NCBI GenBank assembly: GCA_011389575.1
Contig: JAABUB010000001.1
Coordinates: 36,079 to 100,078, forward strand
Length of the DNA stretch: 64,000 bases
DNA from: Desulfotignum sp.
GTDB taxonomy: Bacteria; Desulfobacterota; Desulfobacteria; Desulfobacterales; Desulfobacteraceae
Reading direction: 5' to 3'
Shown here: in pieces, positions 47,929-56,400 of the stretch
Layout: each line of letters opens with the position of its first letter
Numbering within the stretch: the stretch's first letter is position 1
Notes under the pieces: model-generated
The model's input: only the letters and a program-made list of their open reading frames with translations
What the model was told of the DNA's origin: nothing
Databases searched by the model: none
Translations under genes and position numbers: made by a program

Positions 47929-48780
47929 TCAATATGGCAGGTGGGCATCTGTCTTAAACCGTCGGGTGACCATTTCAATGATTTCTTCGGCGCTGGTTTC
48001 AATGGGTTTGCTGCTCACATTGATCATGGAATACCCTTTGGCAATATAATGACGGTGGGCCATGAGAATTTCTTCTTCAATATCTTTTTTCGTGGAATAG
48101 GCTTTCATGTCTGATGCCCCAAGGTTTTCCTGGCGCATTTTCCGATGGGCCACAAGCTGTTTGGCATTTATGTTCAAGGCAAAAATCCGCCGCCGGTCAA
48201 CAGCATCCAGTATGGCAGGCATGGGAACCCCGGGAACAAAGGGAATATTGGCCACCTTCCATCCCAGCACTGCCATATACATGGACAAAGGGGTCTTGCC
48301 GGCCCGGGACAGGCCCAGCAGGATAATCTCCGCCTCATTGAGCGTTTCCGGATTCATACCATCGTCATGGGCCAGGGCAAAATCAATGGCAGAGACCTGT
48401 TTGAGATTCACTTGGTGGCGTTCCCGGTAAAGGCCGGGTTTTTCCAGGGGATCCTGGTTCAAAAAGGCCTGTATTTTTGAAAGTACCGGGCCCATGAGGT
48501 CTATGGTGACAATTTTATGTTCCATGCCCTGTCGGGTGAGGTATTTTCGCAAATTTGTGTTGACAATGGTATGGACGATCAGGCTTTCAATATCCTTGAC
48601 TTTGTCGATGAGTTCATCCACCTGTACCTCAGACCGGATCTGGGGAACCTTGACCACCGTAATTTTGTTATCGGGGAACTGGATCAGTGTGGATTCCACC
48701 AGGTGAAAGGCATTGATGCCCTCTCCGCAGGAGGCAATATAAATCATTTGAAAAGCGCAAGGATCAAGGGAGTAAATCAT
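47929..48780 (-). CDS. PPDK/PEP synthase regulatory kinase-pyrophosphorylase (DUF299)
   Basis: AIDFALAHDDG, LLGLSRAGKTPLSMY, KVANIP, KPIETSA. Confidence 0.92.
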   Translation of the reverse strand: MIYSLDPCAFQMIYIASCGEGINAFHLVESTLIQFPDNKITVVKVPQIRSEVQVDELIDKVKDIESLIVHTIVNTNLRKYLTRQGMEHKIVTIDLMGPVLSKIQAFLNQDPLEKPGLYRERHQVNLKQVSAIDFALAHDDGMNPETLNEAEIILLGLSRAGKTPLSMYMAVLGWKVANIPFVPGVPMPAILDAVDRRRIFALNINAKQLVAHRKMRQENLGASDMKAYSTKKDIEEEILMAHRHYIAKGYSMINVSSKPIETSAEEIIEMVTRRFKTDAHLPY

Positions 48781-48881
48781 GAATTAATTCCTTTATTGCA
48801 GACGGTTTTTGGTTTATAATACACGTGTTTTACAAAAAGTGTAAATATTATATATAACCTGAAAGTATGGGGAAAACAAAC

Positions 48882-49313
48882 ATGGCGCATGAGGATAAAG
48901 GGCATTATGCAGACAAACACCCGGATCATAAAACTGATCCGGTCATTGCTGCAAAACTGCAAGAAATCACCAAGGAAAACCAGCTAAACTGCGCAGCTGC
49001 CCATAAAGCTGCCGCTGAACTGGGAGTTGTTCCAAAAGAGATCGGAATTCAGGCAGATCTGATGGAATTGCGCATTGTTAAATGCCAGCTGGGACTTTTC
49101 GGCTATGAACCCGAACAAAAACGGATTGATCCGGGGATTGACGTTTCAGAGGATTTGTGGGCAAAAATTGAAAACCAGAGTATTGACGGCCGGATATCCT
49201 GCCGTGAAAGCTGGAACATTGCAAAGGAATTCAAGATCAGCCGCCTTGATATGGGTTCTGCCTGTGAGAAAATCGGTATCCGTGTCAAACCCTGCCAGCT
49301 GGGAGCATTTTAA
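48882..49313 (+). CDS. Hypothetical protein with tandem Cys-containing domain (CQLGxF twice)
   Basis: Repeat units LNCAAAHKAAAELG...IVKCQLGLF and ISCRESWNIAKEFK...VKPCQLGAF. Confidence 0.8.
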   Translation: MAHEDKGHYADKHPDHKTDPVIAAKLQEITKENQLNCAAAHKAAAELGVVPKEIGIQADLMELRIVKCQLGLFGYEPEQKRIDPGIDVSEDLWAKIENQSIDGRISCRESWNIAKEFKISRLDMGSACEKIGIRVKPCQLGAF

Positions 49314-49322
49314 GGACAGGTC

Positions 49323-49610
49323 ATGGTGGTGGGATGTGGACAGATCAGGTTACGGTTGTATGATATCCATTCTTTAAAAGCCAAGCGCAAAATTGTAAAA
49401 AGCATTGTTGCAAAAATTCAGAACCGGTTCAAGGCTGCGGTGGCGGAGACCCAATTGAACGACAGCCATGAATGGGCCGGTATAGGGTTTTGTATTGTGG
49501 GCAATGACAGTGCCAGGGTGAATTCACAGGTGGATAAAATATTTAATTTTGTGGATGATATGGGACTGGCTATGGTTGCAGATACAAATATGGAGATCAT
49601 TCATCTGTAG
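49323..49610 (+). CDS. DUF503 (YlxP-like) protein
   Basis: MVVG...HSLKAKRKIVKSI...NRFKAAVAE pattern; AGGA RBS. Confidence 0.88.
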   Translation: MVVGCGQIRLRLYDIHSLKAKRKIVKSIVAKIQNRFKAAVAETQLNDSHEWAGIGFCIVGNDSARVNSQVDKIFNFVDDMGLAMVADTNMEIIHL

Positions 49611-49968
49611 CATTCCGGGGTGATGCCAGTTTTTTGCGGGTTTTCTGCTTGCGCCGCAGTTTCTGTCTGCGGATTTTTTTTATGTGTTCGTGCCGGGCCG
49701 TATCTGTGCCTGATTGCAGGGCTTCAATTTTTTCAGCCAGGGCCCGCAAAGCAAGAAAACGGTTCAGATGCAGGGACCGGTGCTTGCCCATTTTTACGGA
49801 CAGACCGGTTTTTTGGTGGCGGACAAACACGGCGGAAGAAGATTTGTTCACCTTCTGCCCTCCTTTGCCCGAGGCTTTGATGAATTTTTCTTCCAGATCC
49901 TTTTTTTGAATACCCAGATCAGCCAGTTTCTGTTCCAGGGCTGCCAGTTTTTTTTCATTGGGTCCCAT
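49597..49968 (-). CDS. Stand-alone GGQ peptide chain release factor-like protein (ArfB/C12orf65-like)
   Basis: EEKFIKASGKGGQKVNKSSSAVFVRH; basic C-terminal tail KKIRRQKLRRKQK; no codon-recognition domain. Confidence 0.88.
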   Translation of the reverse strand: MGPNEKKLAALEQKLADLGIQKKDLEEKFIKASGKGGQKVNKSSSAVFVRHQKTGLSVKMGKHRSLHLNRFLALRALAEKIEALQSGTDTARHEHIKKIRRQKLRRKQKTRKKLASPRNATDE

Positions 49969-50136
49969 GGTATTATCCTTTTTGACCGGCTTTTTTACAA
50001 GTATGCATTCAGGTATTCTTCCACAGCATGACGGTCAATCCATAAGCCTGCCCAATTGCTGAGCACCGGATCAAAAGGATGGACCGGGATTTTGTTAATA
50101 ACACCCATGCCCGGGCGGGCACAGCAAAACATGAAA

Positions 50137-50215
50137 GCCATCAGCTGTTAGCTGTTGGTAATCAACAGGGAAAAATTTGTAATTGTTGACTGGAAGCTGA
50201 TAACTGAGTACTGAC
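50137..50215. repeat. Short heptamer-built inverted repeat
   Basis: TCAGCTGTTAGC...TCAACA and TGTTGA...GCTGATAACTGA form imperfect complementary arms. Confidence 0.55.
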
Positions 50216-50315
50216 GACTTTCATATAAAAATATCCATACAGCACCGTCGTACATAGACAGATTATAAAAAAATCAAGTTCTCTTTCCAATTTAGGCCTG
50301 TCTCCTAAAAAAACA

Positions 50316-50362
50316 AAAACCCGTGCTGCCAGCATTATGTTCTGGACAAACGGGTTTTAAAA
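50316..50362 (-). terminator. Possible terminator hairpin downstream of ssrA
   Basis: AAAACCCGT...CCAG...CTGG...ACGGGTTTT; T-runs follow on the minus strand. Confidence 0.55.
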
Positions 50363-50445
50363 AATCAAATTCAGACTGATAAACAGGTGATCAATATGTT
50401 TAAACGGTATGATAAATATCAGTTATTGATTTTATAACAAATAAT

Positions 50446-50804
50446 TGGTGGAGGCGGCGGGAGTTGAACCCGCGTCCGAAAACGATCTTCCCTGGCTTCT
50501 ACATACTTATCCTGAACTTTGATATTAGCCGCAAGGTCTCCTTCAGGAGGGATACCTTTTGGTATAGCCTGAATTATTCAACTGTTGTGGTTCAGGCAAC
50601 CATAACAGCGGTCTTGCAAAGTCGACGCCCTGACCTGAGATCTGCAAGAGGGATTTCAGCAGGACGGCAGCGGGTGTTAAGCCGCTACGGCGTAATTATA
50701 ATCGTCTGCGATTATCTTTAAGGCTTTGCCAAGTTTACGAGCTGACAAACGACTCGGTATGCTACCACAGGCTTCAAAATCTCCGTCGAAACCATTTCGC
50801 CCCC
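50446..50804 (-). ncRNA. ssrA: tmRNA; tag peptide (A)ADDYNYAVAA at 50677-50709
   Basis: 5' GGGGGCGAAATGGTTTCGACGG; 3' GGTTCAACTCCCGCCGCCTCCACCA; resume context ATAATC-GCA; adjacent to smpB. Confidence 0.96.
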
Positions 50805-50842
50805 AAATTGTAAAAGATCAGATGTTGAATCAGTATGGACAA

Positions 50843-50871
50843 TAATATAACAAACCTATGTCAAAAGTCAA
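50843..50871 (-). promoter_or_regulatory. Putative sigma70 promoter of ssrA
   Basis: Minus strand TTGACT, 16 nt, TATATT with TG at the extended -10 position. Confidence 0.5.
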
Positions 50872-50897
50872 TATGGACTTTCTATGTTTGCCGCATG

Positions 50898-51362
50898 TCA
50901 GGAGGAATATTTTTTGCGGTCCCGGTCCATGTCCCGTTTAACGTCCCGCTCTTTGATGCTCTGGCGTTTGTCAAACAATTTTTTGCCCTTTCCCAGACCA
51001 AGCAGGACTTTGATTTTATCATTTTTAAAATAAATTTTCAATGGCACCAGGGTATAGCCTCTTTCCTTGATTTTACCGATGAGTTTGGAGATTTCAGCCT
51101 TATGGAGAAGCAGTTTTCTGGTACGCATGGGTTCATGGTTGTCATTGTATGCAAATTTGTAAGGGGAAATGTGCAGCTGGCGCAAAAACACCTCTCCCCT
51201 TCTGATATCAGCATAGGAATCCTGGAAACTGACCCGCCCTTCCCTGATGGACTTGACTTCTGATCCCACCAGAACAATACCGGCTTCAAATTCCGCATCG
51301 ATTTGAAAATTGTGCCGGGCCTTTTTATTGGAGGCAATAAGTTTTATATAATCAGAGGGCAT
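50898..51362 (-). CDS. smpB: SsrA-binding protein
   Basis: NKKARHN, EAGIVLVGSEVKSIR, RKLLLHK, GKGKKLFDKR. Confidence 0.98.
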   Translation of the reverse strand: MPSDYIKLIASNKKARHNFQIDAEFEAGIVLVGSEVKSIREGRVSFQDSYADIRRGEVFLRQLHISPYKFAYNDNHEPMRTRKLLLHKAEISKLIGKIKERGYTLVPLKIYFKNDKIKVLLGLGKGKKLFDKRQSIKERDVKRDMDRDRKKYSS

Positions 51363-51365
51363 GCT

Positions 51366-53135
51366 TTAATCTTCCATCTCTTTGTAGGGGAGAATGTCTT
51401 TGTATTCTTCCTGGACAAACCGGGTAATTTCCTGAACTGTGGTAAATCCAAAAACTTTTTTGGCAAATATGCCGGCTTTTTCAAAATCCATATCACGGAT
51501 CATTTTTTTTATCACCGGGATGGAGGCAGCGTTCATGGACAGATTTTTCAGCCCAAGTCCCAGCAGTATCGGTATGTTGATGGGTTCTCCTGCCATTTCA
51601 CCGCACATCACCAGATCAATATTGTTCTTTTGGGCGGCAGTAACGGTCATTTTGATCATTTTCAATACTGCCGGGTTCAAGGCCTGATACAAATGCGCCA
51701 CCCTGCGGTTGCGGCGGTCAATGGCCATGGAGTATTGGATGAGATCATTGGTACCGATGCTGAAAAAATCCACCTCCTGTGCCAGCTCATCAGCCATAAG
51801 GACAGCAGAGGGCACCTCTATCATGATGCCCAAAGCAATATCCTTGTTGAAGATTTTGTCTTCTTTGTCAAGTTCCAGAACCGCCTGATCGATAACAGCC
51901 TTAACTTCTATGATTTCTTCCATGCATGAAATCATGGGAATCAGCAGGTTTATATTGCCGAACGCCGCAGCCCGGAGAATAGCCTTGAGCTGGGTGATAA
52001 AGATATCTTTGTTTTCCAGACAGAACCGGACAGCCCGCAATCCCAGAGACGGATTGGCCTCTTCCACAGGGTCGATATAGGGATTGAATTTATCACCGTT
52101 GATATCCAGGGTGCGGATGGTCACCGGCTGGGGGTTCATAAGTTCCACCAATTCCTTGTATTTTACCAGCAGCTCATCTTCAGTGGGGAACCGCTCCAGA
52201 TCCAGATAAAGAAATTCGGTTCTGAACAGCCCGATGCCCGCAGCCCCATTGTCTTTTGCAGAGACCACTTCCTCCACCAGTTCAATATTGGCCATAAGAT
52301 TCAGGGCAACCCCGTCTGTGGTAACAGCCGGCAGATGGCTGTCTCTTTCTATATCTGCCCGGTAGGCTTCAAACCGGGCCAGGCGTTCTTCGTATTTAAA
52401 CAGGGTGTCTTCTTCAGGATTGATGATGATGATACCGGAAGAACCGTCCACAACAAGAATATCATCATTATTGATACTGGTTGTGGCCCGGGCCAGGCCG
52501 AAAACAGAAGGAATTTTTAAAGATTTGGCCACAATACCGGTGTGGGAATCTTTTCCGCCCCGGTCGGTCACAAAACCTTTGATACGTTCCAGCTGAATCT
52601 GGCTGGCATCGGCAGGACTCAGGTCATGGGCCACAATGATCACCCGTTTGTTAATATCTGCAATTTTGATATCCCGGGCACCCAGAAGATAAGACATTAT
52701 CTTGTCGGAAACCTGCACAATGTCATTGACCCGTGCTTTTAAATACTGGTCATCCACCTGCTGAAACATGAGTTTCACCTGGCGGGCCACTTTTCTTAAG
52801 GCCCATTCCGCATTGATCTGTTCATTTTGAATAGTGTCAATGGTTTTGCCATACAGCATCTTATCTTTGAACAAAGCCATATGGGTTTCAAGAATGTTAA
52901 GGGTCTCGCTCACATCTTCATCAAGGGCCTGTATTATCCGGGCATGTTCTTTTTTTGCTTTTGCCACGGCGTTTTTAAACCGGTCTATTTCCTGGGGCAC
53001 CATGGTATCGGAGACCGGATAACGCTCGATGATGTTGACCCCTTCTCTGTCCACCAAATAGGCTTTTCCAATGCAGATGCCCGGGGAACCGCTGATGCCT
53101 TTGAGGATCATTTCCCGGGGTTTGTCACGATTCAT
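51366..53135 (-). CDS. ptsI: PTS enzyme I (no GAF domain)
   Basis: GISGSPGI, GGKDSHTGIVA (phospho-His), GIGLFRTEFL, IGTNDLIQY, MCGEMAG. Confidence 0.96.
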   Translation of the reverse strand: MNRDKPREMILKGISGSPGICIGKAYLVDREGVNIIERYPVSDTMVPQEIDRFKNAVAKAKKEHARIIQALDEDVSETLNILETHMALFKDKMLYGKTIDTIQNEQINAEWALRKVARQVKLMFQQVDDQYLKARVNDIVQVSDKIMSYLLGARDIKIADINKRVIIVAHDLSPADASQIQLERIKGFVTDRGGKDSHTGIVAKSLKIPSVFGLARATTSINNDDILVVDGSSGIIIINPEEDTLFKYEERLARFEAYRADIERDSHLPAVTTDGVALNLMANIELVEEVVSAKDNGAAGIGLFRTEFLYLDLERFPTEDELLVKYKELVELMNPQPVTIRTLDINGDKFNPYIDPVEEANPSLGLRAVRFCLENKDIFITQLKAILRAAAFGNINLLIPMISCMEEIIEVKAVIDQAVLELDKEDKIFNKDIALGIMIEVPSAVLMADELAQEVDFFSIGTNDLIQYSMAIDRRNRRVAHLYQALNPAVLKMIKMTVTAAQKNNIDLVMCGEMAGEPINIPILLGLGLKNLSMNAASIPVIKKMIRDMDFEKAGIFAKKVFGFTTVQEITRFVQEEYKDILPYKEMED

Positions 53136-53401
53136 TCTGTTAATTCTCCGAATCCGTCATCAAAAAGAGACTTGATTTTGTCCACCACTGCGGCATCTTC
53201 AAAAGATTTGGCATGGATATGAATACGAGAACCTTTTGTTGCGCACAGTGTTAAAAGATCAATAATACTGGAAGCATCCACCCGGGTATTTCCATCTGAA
53301 AGCCAGATCTCGCTTTCTGCGGCCATGGCTATCTGCGCTATTTGGGCAGCAGGCCTTGCATGCATCCCCAGGTCATTTATGACAACAGTATTGTGAACCA
53401 T
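53132..53401 (-). CDS. ptsH: Phosphocarrier protein HPr
   Basis: GMHARPAA (His15) and DASSII (Ser46 region); ATGA overlap with ptsI; alternative TTG start at 53419. Confidence 0.94.
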   Translation of the reverse strand: MVHNTVVINDLGMHARPAAQIAQIAMAAESEIWLSDGNTRVDASSIIDLLTLCATKGSRIHIHAKSFEDAAVVDKIKSLFDDGFGELTE

Positions 53402-53499
53402 TTTTGTGTTTTTATCCAAAATGTAAGCTCTTTTTTTTCTAAGAAAATTTTTTCTTTTTTTAAATGATTCCCGGTTAAAAGTCAATCCTGGGGTTGTTT

Positions 53500-56400
53500 T
53501 TACCTGGTCTGGCCCCTGGAAAAATAAAATAAAGTCTTTATGGGAAATTTTTGGATGCCCAGGCGGGCAAGAATCTCTTTTTTTGCTGCGTCCAGAGAGG
53601 CAAACTCTGTGTCGGGATCACAGATCTGATAAAACATTTCACCCCAGGAATTGATATATACAGCGCAATAATCTTTAATGAAAGATTCCTGCCTGGAAAC
53701 ATAAAAATTTATACTGACAAATACACAGATCACTTCCGGTAATTTTTTTTTCAATTCACTGAATTGGAAGGTTTGCTTAAGTTGGGGGGTGAAAAAAGCA
53801 TCCATTGCACAAAACAATTTCTGGATATCATCATGGGTAACCGGGGTGGGGTTGGGAATAAGGTGAATTGCTGAATGGTGGGCAAAAAGACGGTTGTTGA
53901 TAAGCCATGCCCCGATCTCTTCAATGGTTTTTGTCTGCAGCAAAGATTCATCAAAGCGGTGGTGTAGCCTGGTGGATTTGTGAAACAACTCCCATTTTAT
54001 CCGGGTGCCGGATCCGCCAAGATACCGAATATGCAGCTGAGAAAACAAACGCTCGCTTTTGGAAACCAGCAAAATTTTTTTTATCTTGAATGGTTTTTCC
54101 AGAAAGACAATATCCACTTTTCGCTCCAGAACCCGGCGGTCTTCATCTGAAATCATCAACCCACAGGAGTGGCTTTCAAACGTTTTTTTCACCTGGTTAT
54201 ACTTTATGAGCATATACCGTTCAATGGAGGCTGACAGCCGGTGAATCCGCTGGTAATCCCATTCTTTGAAATGCCCGATTTCAAACAGCCTGGACAAACT
54301 CCAGTCCCATTGCGCAATGGAATCTGTCACCAGGTATCTGCGCAGACCGAAAACCGTATTATCCAAAACTGACTGCTTTGAGATGGCCAGTTTCAAAAAA
54401 AAACAGGTAAGGATCAGATTCATGGATTTTGTATCTCCGGCAGACCGGTAATAGGCCAGCAGATTGTTCAAAAGGATGATATAGGAATCATTTTGTGCCA
54501 GTTTCAGATGGGCACCTGAGTTCATCCATACATTTTTGTACTGATTGCACAAAAGAGGTTCCTGTCCATAGGAATGGATATATTTTTCCAGCAGCGCCAT
54601 TTTAATCACGGATTTAAACGGGCTTTTCAACCATTTAAACATCTGCCAGATAGACGCACCGAAAAACTCGTTTACCGGTATGGCATGAATATCTCCCAGG
54701 TCAATATACCTGTGGGTTCCGGCAAATTGGCTGATTTGTGTCATGATCATATGATAATAATTCAGGCTGATAGGTGTTGGAAGTACCGACCAGAGAGGCA
54801 GTTTCCCGGCCACATGAATCATGGTTCTGTAAAACTCTTCTTTCAGCAGCCTGGATTGGGCTGACCCGGAACTTTCCTGGGTGGATCCGCCGAAATCATT
54901 GTTTTTTGCCTTTTGTATATCCACCACAAAAAAAGTCGTCTGGATTTTAAACTGTTCCATCCCCAGTTTTTCAAGCAACTTGAGTTTTTGCAAAAACAAA
55001 GAGTGTTCATGGGCATTCATAAGATCTTCATTAATACAGATCCAATAGTCAATATCAGATTCATGGGTCTGGGCTAAAGATCCTACGCTGCCCATGGTAA
55101 AAATACCTTCAATATAGGGAACGGAACTTAAGGTTGCCTTGTAGGTGTGAATACCGATTAATTTTTCAAGCACCTGCAGTGCGGTGCCCGGAGGCATGTA
55201 ATCTGCTATACCACAGGGGGTCTTGGGATGCAGTGGGGGGACGCCGGGCAGATTAATATTTTGATGCAGCAAAATGGGTACCAGTTGAAAAAAGTCCGCC
55301 TGGGATGGTTTGAAAATATCAAATGCCGTTAGAAGGCTCATTTTATTCTGGTTTAAAAATTTCATTTCTCCATAATGGATAAATTCACAGAAAATCAGCA
55401 GGTTGATTTTTGCTGCAAGGGCTTTTTCCATCCAGGGCAGATCATTGAAATCAAGCTGATACCGCCTGGCATTATAAGCAATACCATGGGACCGGATCAT
55501 GGACCCGGCACAGGAAGGAAACCGTGAAAACCGGGCCTGGACATGAGAAAAATCTGCCTGGTCGACACAGGCTGTGGCAAAAGAAACCCCTGATATCCTG
55601 GCGTGGGAAAACACGGCACACGATAAATCGGTTTGGCTGAAAAAGGTTTTGGAAATCTGTGCGTCCACAAATACAGCATCATGGAGATCTGCTTTGGTAA
55701 AATTGCAATTATACAGTTTGGCACCCAGAAAACTGCAGTCCTTGAACCTTGTTTCACGCGCATTGATGTTGATCAGCACGGCATGGTCAAAATTGGCGTT
55801 CTGAATGACAGCGCCTGACCAGTCCACATTATAGAAAATACCATGGGTGAAAAATGCTTTTTCCATATGCACGCCGGAAAGATCACAGTTTTTGAAAATG
55901 GCCCCGTTAAAATATAAAATTGATGCGGTAAACCGCAAATCAGAAAGGTTTTCATTTTCAATTGTCTCATTCTGAAAATCGATATCGTTCTGGGGAACAT
56001 TTTTTCTCAGGGCATCCAGCTTTTTTTTGATGGAATCCTGAAATACTGCTGAAAAAATAGTTTTTTGTTTTTTTTGCGGTTGCTGTAATTTGTGAGTCAC
56101 GGCTTCAGGCCAGGAGGTAATATCCTGCTTTTCCAGGTCCAGCAGGGATTTTGCCTTTTCCATAAAATCAAAAATTTTACGTGACTGTTTTTGGGCAGAT
56201 CTGTCATAATAGGCTTTTATAACCCGTACCACCCTTTCCGGTCTTTTTTTAACAATACCCAGGATACAGGCCAGGTTAATATCATAATTGGTATCCTGAT
56301 ATTGGGATTTGTTCAGGGCAATATCCTGAATAATAAAAAATGAAAGCCTGGATAAACCGGCAAGTTCCTTATTAAGCAATGGAATAAGATCTGGATGGGT

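Noticed and set aside
50446-50500. Intact integrative element at ssrA
   Set aside because: No repeat of the ssrA 3' end and no integrase found by eye.
55520-55985. Stand-alone qnr resistance gene
   Set aside because: The repeats are internal to one continuous 1289-aa ORF.
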